A stretch of 64,000 nt of DNA from positions 2,195,478-2,259,477 of the forward strand of contig MU008158.1 of NCBI GenBank assembly GCA_010909165.1, in the 5' to 3' direction. The stretch comes from Anthoceros angustus. Taxonomy: Eukaryota > Plantae > Anthocerotophyta. The first letter of the stretch is position 1. Every line of letters starts with the position of its first letter. Both the position numbers and the translations under genes were made by a program. Below the pieces are notes generated by a model. The model was not told the origin of the DNA. It was given only the letters and a program-made list of their open reading frames with translations, and did no database searches. This document shows, one piece after another, positions 38,501 to 51,329 of the stretch.

Positions 38501-39659
38501 TCATCACGCACATGTAAGAGGCCCCGAGACTGGCAAACCGCTCAGTAGGTGGAACACGATATGTTATGAAGCAAGCAATCGAGCTTCCGGCACATCATTC
38601 TTGCTTCAGTTAGCACCATATATGTGATCATCCTTTCGTTACACAACCAAGCTTGTTCAGCAGGCTTGTAGCCCTCGGGACCTTTTTGTTCCTTTTTTGC
38701 ACACCAAGCCATGTGTCTGTCCGAATGAACTCAAGGATCAGCCAGGAATTCATCTATGTGCATGTGTAGAATACGGGAAAACGATGAATACAACAAAGGC
38801 CTGGAAAATACGATAGTCTGTCTGCACCCCAAACCATACCGCCAAATTACTCCTCCTTCCCCTTCTTTCCTCCTTCCTTTGCCCTCCTCCCGAATTTCTT
38901 CCTTTTGCATCCTGGAGCTCTTCATTTTTCATCTCTCATTTGATCAACCCCTTTCCCTTCCCCTCTATCATCTCCTGGTGCCTTCGCCGGCGCTGAGGTG
39001 TTTCTTCAGTTTGTGGGGTTTCCAGGAGGTAGCTCACAGATGTTGTTGACAACCCGAGAACAGTCAGGGTAATCCTGACTGGAGGTGACATCCCTGAACA
39101 AGGTTTGCAGAACTGCTGGTCCCTTACACATGAACATTGACCACTGTCATATGATGAACTTGTAAACGGCTTCCTGAACTAAGGGCTGATCTTCTTCGAG
39201 ACTCACGATTGGAAGCGAACGTTGCAGGATTGGGAAATATTGGGGTACGCCCTGCTCCGTGGCTCTGTGTCAAATTGCTCAAATGAGTAGGTCAGGATCC
39301 ATCAGCTCGTCCATCAGCTTCTTCCGGACCAACTCTTGCTCCACCTCCAGCTCCGTGATGTCCTGGGGAGCTTCTGAGGCCTGCAAAAGTCACATGTCCA
39401 CTCTGACTCAAGTGCTGTGGGCGACCGTAGGTCGAAGCCACAGTGAGCTTTAGCCCTTAGAGGTTTTCTGTTCTGACGTTTTGCGGAAGGCCAATGGCAA
39501 GAAGCCCGGACATTCACGAGCACAGTTCACTCTGCTGTGGCTAGCTAGCTCGCTAGCTCTGAAACAGACCTGAAGAGAATTATGTTCACAAGAAGAGCTC
39601 CCCACATGCACGCCAGCTGAATTCTTACACTCCCGCGAACACACATGACATTAGAACCA

Positions 39660-40214
39660 CCTCCCAGTTCTTTGCTGGCCAGCCTTTACTTGCAGCCAGC
39701 TAAAATTGCATCCACTTTGTCAACAACACCACAGGCAGCATGTGCGGACGAAGCCCGCTGTTGAGGCAGTGTATTAGATTACTACTACTGGAAAGCACAT
39801 ATCTCGGATTCATGAAGCAAATCATCTACTTGTAGGTGTGGTTGATGACCAGTGACCTGGTCAGGGATAAAAGCCTTACTTTCAAGAACATCTAGATTCA
39901 CCTTCCAGTTCTTTGCTGGCCAGCCTTCACTTGCAGCCAGCTAAAATTGCATCCACTTTGTCAACAACACCACAGGCAGCATGTGCGGACGAAGCCTGCT
40001 GTTGAGGCAGTGTATTAGATTACTACTACTGGAAAGTACATATCTCGGATTCATGAAGCAAATCATCTACTTGTAGGTGTGGTTGATGACCAGTGACCTG
40101 GTCAGGGATAAAAGCCTTACTTTCAAGAACATCTAGATTCACATACACAGCCATACCATAGACAGCCTTACTTTCAAGAACATCTAGATTCACATACACA
40201 GCCATACCATAGAC
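39660..40214 (+). repeat. 241-bp tandem duplication followed by a ~51-bp duplication
   Basis: CAGTTCTTTGCTGGCCAGCC...GAACATCTAGATTCA at 39665 and 39906; AGCCTTACTTTCAAGAACATCTAGATTCACATACACAGCCATACCATAGAC repeated at about 40113 and 40164. Confidence 0.95.
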
Positions 40215-41341
40215 ACCGTTTAGAGAAGAGACAGTTCAAAACAACCAAGAATTTCCAATACCAATCGCAACATACATCCATGGAACACAACATATTCAAC
40301 ACTACCTGAGGTTCCTGTCCTTCTGCATACCGCCATCTTGTTGGAATACGAATCAGTCCACTACAAAAAAGATAACCTGCAGGCACATCCAGGAGTGACT
40401 CCGCAATGCCATCATAAACATGGGAAGCGTCGTCAGAGTGAAAGGTGCTGAACAAGCAAAATTACTCGGCAATTGACGAGCAGCGATGGACGCGGCACTT
40501 GCCTCTGGAACTCCAGCAAATCGAAGAGCCAGGGCAGGGCAGGGCAAGGCATGGCAGCTTGCTCGATCGCGAATTCAGCCATGCCAATGCTGCGTGCTGA
40601 AACAGCTCGACCTCATCCTCAAAATCCCGAGACTGCAGACAGCAATCCCTGATGGATTGGAAGCTACACGGGGCGTCAGCTTGAGCAGGAAATGACCTCT
40701 TGTTTCCATGCTGTGGATTGCTGTGCAGCGCCGGATGCGAGCAGGCCGACGCAGGGTGAGCGCGCTCGAGCGAGGAACACACGAACACACAGAATGGCTT
40801 GACCGCAGTTAGGAGCTCGGGTTGGGATAACCAGAGGGCGGAGTTACTTCAGAGGTTAGTTGCTGGACTGTGCACATTTACGCAGCCCAGGGACGGCAGC
40901 CCGGCGGGTACCGTTGAAGGTCGCCATCGCCGCGGAGGGGCGGCGGGTGGGTGGAAACGGAATCGGAGAAGCGAATCCTGGGTGCGGCGTGCGGAGTTAG
41001 TGGGGATTGGTAGCATCTTGGAGGCCTGTGCATGTTTGTACACAGGCTGCTGCCAGGGCGGCTGGAGCTCCATCGCTGCAGAGCCGTTAGGTGAGCCGAT
41101 GGGATGGATGGGTTCGCAGGCCGCAGGACTGGCCGGCGCTGTAAGCTGGCTGGCCAGTGGGCTCAGGGCACGCAGATCTTGTCAAAGTTTGCGACTGCCA
41201 GGCACTGGGAGTGGGAGCAGCTGCGTCAGGACATGTCTGTGCTTGTATGCGTACATGTATACAAATCGGGACCGTGTGGTACAATGCCGAGCTGTGTGCA
41301 AGGCTCCTTGCACCGGCCAGAGGATCCCAGTGCGCTCTGGC

Positions 41342-42875
41342 ATGAAGAAATCAGGCACTGTGTTTAAGGCCTGGGGGTGGCTGCCGCCGTCGTGGAAGCC
41401 TGGGCCTGGCTCGCAAGCGCAGCCGCCAATGGCGCAACAGCAAGAAGAGCATGCGCAGCACCCGTCCCCATTGAAGCACAAGCTGGCCCGGTGGAAGGAT
41501 TCTTGGATCCGCGAGTCGGAGCAGGAGAGCAGCGCCGGCGTGAGCGAGGTTGTGCAGCAGGAGCAGCAAGGCTCGATGCCGATGATTGTTTGCGAGGGCG
41601 GAGGGGGTCACCTGCATCGGGGCAAGCGCGTTGCCATGAACCCCGACGGCCCTGCTGGCGGAGATCATCCCAGGGAGGAGGTGGTAGCAGCAGCAGCAGC
41701 GGTACCGGGGATACCGGGACCGGTGCAGGCGGAGCCGAGGAAGATGCGGGTGACGGTGGTCCGGCACAAGCGCTACAGGCAGGTGCTGTTCGTGGAGGCG
41801 GGGAAGGAATTCGTGGACGTGGTGCTGGGGCTGCTGGCGCTGCCGAGCTGGGCGGTGCTGCGGCTTCTCAAGTCCGAGACCCGGCCGTCGCCCAGCCTGC
41901 ACCTCAACTCATCCGGCTGCATCCAGAACCTGTACGAGAGCGTGCGGGAGATGGATCCCGCCCTCTTCGTCACCCACAAGTCCAACCTGCTCATGGGCGA
42001 GGGGGCGCTCTCCTGCTTCCTCCCCTCGCTGCTGTACCTTTTGGCGGGCGTGGAGCTGCAGGCGCAGCAGGTGCGCCGTTCCGGTTCTGGAACCAGCAAC
42101 GCTGCTTCTGCCTCTCACGAGCAGCTTGCAGGTCATGGTGGCGATGGGCCTCCAGGCACGGAGTTCATCTACGGCTGCCATGGGCGCTATGTGGCCAACG
42201 GGATCTACGGGCCGGGCCACCAGCCGTGCCCCTGGATCGCGTGGGCGCCTGGCACCAAGTGCCCCAGCTGCGGGAACAGCATGACCATGCTCTACGGCCA
42301 AGTGGAGGCGTCCAAGAAGCGGAAGCGGCATGCCCACAACTCCAAGCGAAGGGTCACGCTTCTCCCCGGCGCCTCCGATCCTGAAGACGCTGCTGCCGCT
42401 GCCCCTGCCGCTCCTGCGCCTCTTCCGGTTGCCGTGTACGGGGCTGTGAAGGACAACGTGACCTTCATGCTCACAGATGGGTTGGAGGTGTTCCCCGCGT
42501 CCGGGACCAGGAGCTTGGAGCTGCTGGCCAGGAAGAGGTGGATCATCTCTGATCTGGAGAAGGTCTCATTGGAGCTCGGGCATGTTGAGGTACACACCTA
42601 GCTGGCTGTGTTTTGTTGGCAACATAGCTGCTTTCAGTTTTGACAAGGTAGATGCTTCAAATTTGTGTTGGGTTTGAGATAGCTTCCCTTTTGTATGCAA
42701 ACTTGCCTTCCCCAGATGCTTGCATCGAGATGACTGCCAGTCTGTCTGTACAGTGCCTTGCTTTGACAATATCATGCCTTTGGCTGCTGGTTGCAAGCAG
42801 GTGAAGAAGCTGATGGAACTGTCGCTCACGTCGGAGACCGTGCTCACTGACATTCTCACGCCCCTCATGCGATGA
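41342..42875 (+). CDS. DUF674 family protein, type A copy 1 (exons 41342-42589, 42801-42875)
   Basis: RQVLFVEAGKEFVDVVLGLLALP..AVLRLL...SGCIQNLYESVREMD, a 4-Cys motif ending CPSCG..M, VKDNVTFMLTDGLEVFP and exon 2 VKKLMELSLTSETVLTDIL; this is the typical DUF674 pattern. Confidence 0.88.
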
Positions 42876-43000
42876 TCATCTCCATCCCGAACTCGTGTGA
42901 ATGTTGACAATGTTTTGAAATCCAGGCACTTGATCCCCTAGGCCTGCTGCACGCGGCCAGGGGTTCCAGTTCCAAGTGTGAATTCGATCCGTTCGGATCT

Positions 43001-43680
43001 CTAGCTAGCCAACAACCGGTGTAGCTGTCCTTTTAAAGCCCTCCGCATGACAGGATCCTGCGCTTGAAGGCATACATACGTAGGTGGGTAGCAGGACGTG
43101 CTGGCTAGCCCTGCACCAGCTTTTGCTCTCTGACTGTCGATAGAAGTGATGACGACAGCAACTCTGCGCGTATGTACAAATCTAGCAAGAGATTCCTCGG
43201 TTACACCACTCACATCGATATCACATCAAGTAGCACGTCAGTCCCCCGACAGCCGCGGCCGTGCTTCGCATTCAAGAGGAATCTTCCGACAACGGCAGCT
43301 GAAATGCCACCGTCCAACAGCGACGCCAAGTTCTGGCATTCCCCAGCTGGACAGGGCGCAGGGCGCAGGGCTGGGCCCCAGCCTCCCAGCCTCCAGCATG
43401 TACACACAGGCAGCAATTGCTCTCCGAGATTGGCATGCGATGCATCATTCCAAGGGAATTCGTGAATTTCACATCCGACTCATGGAGCAGTGTGCACGCA
43501 TCGGATTGGGCTTGCGTTTGCAAACATGACAGGCAGCGAGGCAACGGGAGCTCATGACTTCACACATGGACACTGGAATATTATCAAGAGTGTTCCTGAA
43601 TACAAAACACACATTGCAAATGAAATCAAAGCCAATCCAAAAAAAACAAGAAGCAGAGCGCCACAGCGCTGCTCCATGGT
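43001..43680 (-). pseudogene. Decayed unknown gene in the A1-B1 spacer (signal-peptide-like start)
   Basis: MEQRCGALLLVFFGLALISFAMCV, then frameshifted VKFTN..SHANLGEQLLPV...LLDGG...VGR..NAKHG and RVAVVI; the homologous peptide blocks are also present at 51330-52075. Confidence 0.45.
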
Positions 43681-43762
43681 GCCTACACGCCTGCCACCAT
43701 GGGGCTTATACTTGTATGACCCGGCCCCGGCCCCGGGCGCAGCAAATCCAAGAGTATGACCT

Positions 43763-44825
43763 CTAATGGTCGAACATGACGGCACCACTGAAGAAGTCGT
43801 TCGCATTCTGCATCAAGTCGAGCGCCCGGCTCAACACATTCAGTGAATTGCCAAGCACGGCATCCATAAGCTTGTCGATCTGGGTCACAAGCGAGGAACG
43901 TGCGCACACAAGTTTATTACCCGACCTCGGTGACAACCAGCACTGCATTCCAAGCCCTCAAGCGACGCACTCAGACAAGGCAGCAGACTTGTGGACTGGT
44001 AGCAAGACTCACCCGGGTTGGGTTGATGGAGAAATTCTGGACTCGCAGCTCGCGGGCATCCCGTATCCTCTTGGCGCGCAGGAGCCTCCCGATCACAGCC
44101 TCCTTGTGCCGCTTTGTGGAAGAGAACGAGAAGTTGAGATCATCCGTCACAAGGAAGGTCGAGCCTGCCCGGAAAAACTGACCATGCACACGCTCGCATG
44201 CAAGCTGCGGCGGGAAAGGAAAAGCCATCGCCCCCGGTGCTCGCGCCGCGGCCGCTGGCTGCCGCGGAGCTTGCTGGACCTCCGCCGCTGAACGCCAAGC
44301 CAGAACAGAATCTGGTCCGAGCGCCCACTCACCCATGGGCCTCCCGCAGCCCGGGCACCAGGAACCGAGGCCGGTGCTGTGCCATGGGCAGCCCGCGCCC
44401 GGCTCGGTGCTGAAGTTGGAGCACGCGTAGACGGGCAGTGTGTTGGCCATGCACGTCAGCCGCCATTCATGCGGCCGCAAAGCCATCACATCCCTGCGCA
44501 ACTCCAGGCCGAGATCTGTCAGCGCCCGGACCGGTATCCGGCTCACGCTTCGCTTGAGCTCCGCGGCGACACCAGTATGTAGGGCTAGTGGCTGGGCGAC
44601 CGGCGGGAGCCCACCTATTGATTCCATGCTACAACTCATGGTGAATTCCGCAGCCCTCAGGAAGATGACCTCCACGATCCATTGGACAAACCATGAGCCA
44701 GCTTCCACAAACACGATCTGATTGGTTGAAATACACACTACAGCCTTGACCCAGGTCCCTCTTGGCAGTGGACCTGCAGCTGCCATCAAGGAGAGGACAT
44801 TGCGAGGATTGTTTCGCGATGGCAT
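43763..44825 (-). CDS. Divergent DUF674 family protein, type B copy 1 (2 exons; start at 44825 or 44786)
   Basis: VKAVVCISTNQIVFVEAGSWFVQWIVE, C-x10-C-x10-C-x2-C motif, FFRAGSTFLVTDDLNF, donor CGG|GTGAGT near 44012, exon 2 IDKLMDAVLGNSLNVLS. Confidence 0.75.
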
Positions 44826-46379
44826 GGTCACAGCTGATTGTGAACTGCCTACCCTGCTCATTCTCGCAACAGGGAGAAAGAAGGACCGGATCCGCTAGAG
44901 CGGACAAGCTCACCAACGCAAATGCAAACACAGAAAGGATGCGAGGAAGTTGCTTCGCATCAAGGACCAACAAATAAACAGACTACACAGAATGCGAAGG
45001 AAGCTGCTACACAAAGAAGCGCAAGCACACACACCGACACAAGCTTGATGCCTGAAAGTTGCTACACACCGGAGGGTAGACAAGCACGCTAGCGGGCAAA
45101 CAAGAACACGAGCACAAATGCTCGGAAAGGATGCGAGAAGATGCTACAGACGAAGGTTATGTAGGCGCAGAGGAGGGAGGTGTTCGACCTAACGGCAGTA
45201 AGGACTACACGAATGTGCGCGAGACAGCTGTTCCTGTAGATGACCATGAGTAAACTAACTAGTGTTGGGATTAATCTACACATTCACATATCCAAACTCC
45301 GACATTGCTAGGGTGGCATGTTTGTTCAAGTACATCGATGACGTGAGTGAACTTACTACATGTAATGTTAGGGTGCAATTCTGTATCCAAACCTTGACGT
45401 TTTCACAATGGCATGATGGCGCGTTTGACTTGAACATAGCTGACTTGAACGTAGATGACCGTGTTAATGTTAGGGCAAAATCACACATCCAAACCCTAAC
45501 ATTGTTACGGTGCAGTCACACATCCAAACCCTAACATTGTTATGGTATAGGTACGTATGTTCGCGTCTTGACCAAAACTTCAGCTTTTCGACGTTTCACC
45601 TCCACCCAATTAAATTCCATTCTTTATAACTTCACCATGGTTCATTGCGCTATATGCACATATATATGTAACTTCACCATGACCCCATTCTTACTTGTTC
45701 CATATTGTTTTGTGAGATAATGATACATAGTTAGTATTAATGCATTCACTTTGAAAAGAGGTTTTGATGTTTATTCTTGACCATGGTGTGGTAGTTTGTA
45801 CTTGCCAATTTGAAACATAGGGATAAACTAGTAAAAATGTTCTTAGCCATGTTGGAATGAAGAGCATGTGAATCCAAGGTGACGAGGTTAACCAATGAAA
45901 ATGGGTAATGTTTATTTGGGTGGGGTGTTATGTGTAAAACCATACATGAAACCAATCTTCCATGGTTTGACTTGGAGGATTGTCATAATCTTTGTTACAT
46001 GAGAAATTCACATCACTGAATTGTGTACACTCAAGTGAAACTTCATAGGAAGTTGGAATCATTGATGGAGTATGACCATGATGCATATTATTTTACCTAG
46101 AGATTGTTATATATTTTGAAGTAACCTCGTATGATATTATATAGTCAAATATTTATCAGTTATAATAATTTAATCTTTAGATTGAATATATAGATTTCAA
46201 AGCTAAAGATTACTACATAGTGAAGTATTTATTAGTTATTAAAATTTTTTATTTAAACTATTTATATAAAAATTAAGTTCAAAAGAGTTTTCTGAGCATT
46301 ATAATGTACATAGTTAATCTTCTTCACTTGACCTTGAAGAAAAATTTGGAAATACGAAGGTGCTAGTCTACGTACACCT

Positions 46380-47030
46380 CGAACTTGCGCATGCCACGGT
46401 GCCCACACTTGCACATTTCAGGAGGGGGCACGTAAACGTCACAGAACCTGATGCAGCCATGCCTTCTTTAAATTATTGTTGCATAGCACCGCTAAGTTCA
46501 AGGGCTTCCAAGACCATGCTGTGCTGGAAATACCGTACAATCCGAGAAGCCCAGGTCACCACATTCTTCCAATGAGCCTGTCAAACACTGCCTGAGCATC
46601 TTCCAAGCTGCCACAATTTGCAAACATGTTAACCAGGCTGGAACCTACAACCGCGTCTGTCTGAAGCCCTTGCTCTTGACTCTGAGCACAAGCTGCTTCC
46701 CCTTGTCCAAACACATGGGGTACTCAATTTGCACATTCCTCCAAGATGCACACAAGGATCACAGATCAGATGCAACAATGCCTTCCTCTTCCAAGTGACT
46801 GTGAAGACGACGTGCGTCCTGACCCACGCCCTGCTGAGAATATTCTGCTATCAAGGCATTCCATTTCACCACATTCGTTTTATGATGTTCGTGAGATACT
46901 CCTGGCGCATCTTCCAACCTGCCACACCTTGCATACATGCGTGTCCTCCCCTAAGGAGATGCATCCCTGCATCTTTACAGCTATGCAACAAAAAGTCAAT
47001 TACAGATGCAAGACATTGCTGTATTCAGAT
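46380..47030 (-). pseudogene. PLS-class PPR gene remnant, copy 2
   Basis: MYARCGRLEDA..V...NVVKWNALIAEYSQQG..QDA and KGLQTDAVVGSSLVNMFANCGSLEDAQAVFDRL..KNVVTW, with stops and frameshifts. Confidence 0.85.
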
Positions 47031-47747
47031 TAGTTTCTGAGTATGCTAAATATGTGCACATTGATTTCTGGTCGATGTTTGAGTTCATTCAGGCACACAC
47101 ATCACTTGGTGAAAGAACAAACAGGTGGGGTTACATGCTTGCTGAGAAAGCTGAGGAGTGAAACGAAAGAATTATGACATGGTGCCAAGTGACGCACATC
47201 ACGCTTGTGGGGATGATGTGCATCAGGCAGCACCTTGTGATTGATTCTTTTGTGTCACTACCAAGCTTGTCCAGCAAGCATGTGATCCGACCTGTTGGTT
47301 CTTTCACCAAACAATCTGTCCAACTGAATGGATTCAAGGATCAACTAGCAATCTACATGCATACATTTAACATGCGTAGAAACGATTCATAATGCAACAG
47401 AGGCTGGAAATTCAGCAGTATGTCTACACCTGAAATCATGTAGCCTAATTTGCTCCTCCTCCCCCTTCTTTCCTCCTTCCTCTGCTCTCATCCGGATCGC
47501 GAATATCTTCCAATATCGCATCCTACCATCTCTTCCTTTGGAAGATTATCCCCTTTCTCTCCCCCCTCCTATCATCTCGGGGTGCCTTCGCTCCCGAAGG
47601 TGTTTCTCCAGTTGGTGGGGTTTCGGGGTAGCTCAAAGATGATGTTGACAACCCAAGAACAGTGAGGACAATCCTGACTGAAGACCTGTATCTTGACACC
47701 TTGAAGGAGGCTGGCGCAACTCACTGCTGGCCCCTTACACACGAACA

Positions 47748-47858
47748 TACGATGGTGTCACACGATGCTGTCATACGATGCTGTCACACGATGCTGTCAT
47801 GCGATGCTGTCACACGATGCTGTCATACGATGCTGTCACACGATGCTGTCATACGATG
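47748..47858 (+). repeat. 13-bp minisatellite (about 8.5 units) alternating C/T at the first base (26-bp higher-order period)
   Basis: (C/T)ACGATGCTGTCA repeated from 47748. Confidence 0.97.
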
Positions 47859-49558
47859 ATCTTGTAAACGGCTTCCTGAACTGAGGACTGATCTTCGATA
47901 CTCACCGATTGGAAGCGAACGTTGCAGCATTGGTATGGGTACGCCCCGCTTCTGTTCCCTTCCACCTACATCAACGCATCAAATGAACGTTTGACATACC
48001 GGTGATGTGTTAAGTTTTTACAATATTGACGGACCAAGTTTGGGCGGTGCGTGGCGGCCATTTGCCAGCTAATGACACGGAGCGCCAAACCTGTGTTACC
48101 TGCTGGCTCAAAAGCTCAAAAGAGTAGGTTAGGGTCCGGCAGCGTGCCCATCAGCTTCTCCGGGACCAGGTCTTGCTCCATCTCCATCTCAGGTCCGTGA
48201 TATCATCAGCTTGCGAGGCCTGCCAAAATCAGTTGTCCACTCTTACACAAGTACTCTGGTCGTCTGTAGGTCGAAGCCACAATAAGCTTTAGCCCTTAGT
48301 CGTCAAGATGAAACAGACCTTGAAATTCCGATGACAATCATGTTCACGACAAGAGATCTCCCCCTAGGCACGACAGCTGAAATCATAACTGAGGCACATG
48401 AAGTTAGAAACACATCGGAGCAGTTCTTTGCTGCCAAAGCTTTCCTTGCAATTGCCATCCAGTTTGGCAGCAACACGACCCGCAAGCATGTGCGTATCAA
48501 GCCCGCTGTTGAGGTAGTGGATTACTGCACAGTACTTCAGTAAGTACTGCGACTGGTAATTCGCATGTATCAGATACTTCAGTAAGTACTGCGACTGGAA
48601 ATTCGCATGTATCAGACTCATGAAGCAGCAATTATCCCTGATCTCTGACCGTCTCTGATGGTTGTGGAACTCGCCACTGAAATTCCAGGAGATTGCAGAA
48701 CGAGTTTCATGGCAGGCCAGGGTTTCCTTGCTTGATTGCAGCCATTCCGATTGCTCTGTTCTAAGACGGCTCAATTTCCTCAAATTCCCGAGACTTCCGA
48801 CCGACAGCGAACCCTAGTTCTGGATTGGAAGCTGCAGGCAGTGGCAGTGGAGCAGGAGATGACGTCATGTTTCCATGCTATGGATTGCTGTGCAACGATG
48901 GATGCGAGCTCGCGTACGCTGGCAGAGCGCTCGAGCGGTAAGACACAGAATGGCTTGACCGCAGTTAGGAACCCGGGTTAGGTAACCAGAGGGCGGAGTT
49001 ACTTCCGAGGCGAGTTGCAGAACGGGACACAATTATGCAGGCCCCAGGAGACAGCGGCTACCGTTGGAGGTCGCTATCCCGGCGGGTAGGAGGAAACGGA
49101 ATGGGAGCGAAGAGAATCCTGGGTGCCCCGCGCGGAGTTAATGGGGATTGGTAGCATCTTGCAGGCCTGTGCATGTTTGTACACAAGCTTGCGGCTGCGG
49201 GGCTGGGCTGGACCCCATCGCAGGAGAGCCGTTGTGGCGTTGGGTGAGATGAGATATGGATGGGCTCGCATCTTGCAGGACAGGCCGGCGCCGTAAGCTG
49301 GCTGGCCAGTGAGCTCTGGGTAGGGAGGTGCTGTGGAATTTGCGAGTGCCGGGCACTGGCAGTGGGAGCCGGTAGCGCCGCTGCAGGCTAGGACATGTCT
49401 CTGCCTGTTGGCGTATGTATACCGATGAGGCCTGTGCGGTAGGTATGTCTCTGCCTGTTTGTATGTATACAATTGAGGCCTGCGTGCAAGGTTCCTTGCA
49501 CCGGGCAGTGCAGGATCCCAGTGCGCCCCGCCGTCACCCAGGCTGACGTCGCTTTGGC

Positions 49559-49791
49559 ATGAGGAAATCAGGCAGCGTGTGTAAAGCCTGGGGCTGGCTG
49601 CCGGCGTCGTGGAAGCCTGGCTCGCACGCGCAGCCGCCAATGGCGCAGCAGCCAGACCAGCACTCTGAGCAGCAGCAGCAGAGTGGGCAGCGCCCTCCCG
49701 CATTCAAGCACAAGCTGTGCCGGTGGAAGGACTCTTGGACCCGCGAGTCGCAGCAAGAGAGCAACGTTAACAGCAGCTTGAGCGAGGTTTC

Positions 49792-49831
<40 letters not shown>

Positions 49832-51173
49832 CAAGAGAAGCAAGGTTCGATGCATCGAGGCAAGCGCACTGCCATGAGCCCCGACGGCGCTGCGGGCGGC
49901 CACGCGCCCGCGCACAATGCGCTGATGATGCCTCGAGAGCTTGCAGAGGAGGCGGAGAAGGCGCTTCCTGGAGATCATCCCGGGACCGGTCCCAGTCCCG
50001 GTCCCGGTGCGATGAGGTCGAGGGAGCAGGAGGTAGCGGTAGCGGCGCGAGCACCGGTGCAGGCGGAGCCGAGGGGGATGCGGGTGACGGTGGTCCGGCA
50101 CAAGCGCAACAGGCAGGTGCTGTTTGTGGAGGCGGGGAAGGAGTTCGTGGACGTGGTGCTGGGGCTGCTTGCCCTGCCGGGGTGGGCGGTGCTGCGCATT
50201 CTCAAGTCCGACAGCCGGCCGTCGCCCAGCCTGCACCTCAACTCATCCGGCTGCATCCAGAACCTGTACGAGAGCGTGCGGGAGATGGATCCCGCCATCT
50301 TCGTCACCGACAAGTCCAACCTGCTCATGGGCGAGGGGGCGCTCTCCTGCTTCCTGCCCTCGCTGCTGTACCTTTCGGCGGGCATGGAGCTGCAGGTGCA
50401 GCGGGTGCGCCGTGCCGGTTCCGGTTCCGGTTCCAGCGCCGAAACCAGCAACGCTGGCCCTGCTGCTGCTGCTGCTGCTGCTCCTCATGAGCTGCAGCTT
50501 GCAGGTCATGGTGGCGATATCGATGCGTCTGCAGGCACGGAGTTCATCTACGGCTGCCATGGCCGCTATGTGGCCAACGGGATACACGGGCCGGGCCACC
50601 AGCCTTGCCCCTGGATCGCGTGGGAGCCCGGCACCAAGTGCCCCAGCTGCGGCAACACCATGACCATGCTCTACGGCCAAGTGGAGGCGTCCAAGAAGCG
50701 GAAGCGGCATGCCCACAACTCCAAGCGAAGGGTCGCGCTGCTTCCCGGTGGCTCCGATCATTCTGAAGACTGTGCTGCCGCTGCCGCTGCCGCTCCCGCT
50801 CCCGCTACCGCGCCTCTCCCGGTTGCCGTGTACGGGGCTGTGAAGGAAAATGTGACCTTCATGCTCACGGATGCGTTGGAGGTGTTCCCCACGTCAGGGA
50901 ACAGGAGCTTGGAGCTGCTGGCCAGGAAGAGGTGGCTCATCACTGATCTGGAGAAGGTCTCATTGGAGCTCGGGCATTTTGAGGTACATCCCTACGTCTT
51001 CCAGGCAACTTAGCTGCTTTCTGCTTGGAAGTATTAAAGTATGCAAGCCTGTGGCAGATGATGTCGTTTCATTCGCTCCTGGTTGCAATTGCAATTAGGT
51101 GAAGAAGCTGATGGAGCTGTCGCTCACGTCGGAGACCGTGCTCACCGACATTCTCACACCCCTCCTGCGCTGA
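49559..51173 (+). CDS. DUF674 family protein, type A copy 2 (exons 49559-50983, 51099-51173), with polyQ and polyA tracts
   Basis: Same motifs and intron position as A1. (CAG)10(CAA)4 at 49793-49834; (GCT)n at about 50460-50481. Confidence 0.88.
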
Positions 51174-51329
51174 AACGCAATCTCCAGCCCGAGTGTGAAT
51201 GTGGAGAAATGTAGGCACTCGATCGCCTGCCGGTGCTGCGGCCAGCATGAGGGAAAGGCATCCATGGGATTCAGGAAGGCTTCCAACTCCAATTCTAAAC
51301 GATAGGTTCGGATCTGTATGTGTACGTAG

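Noticed and set aside
40799-41341. 181-aa N-terminal extension of DUF674-A1 in the ORF track
   Set aside because: Starts at a non-ATG codon, and the homologous region of copy 2 contains stops. The conserved start is M(K/R)KSG; an A1-specific upstream ATG near 41099 is not excluded.
41351-50761. Many overlapping antisense and alternative-frame ORFs over DUF674-A1 and A2
   Set aside because: Shadow ORFs produced by high GC3; no independent motifs.
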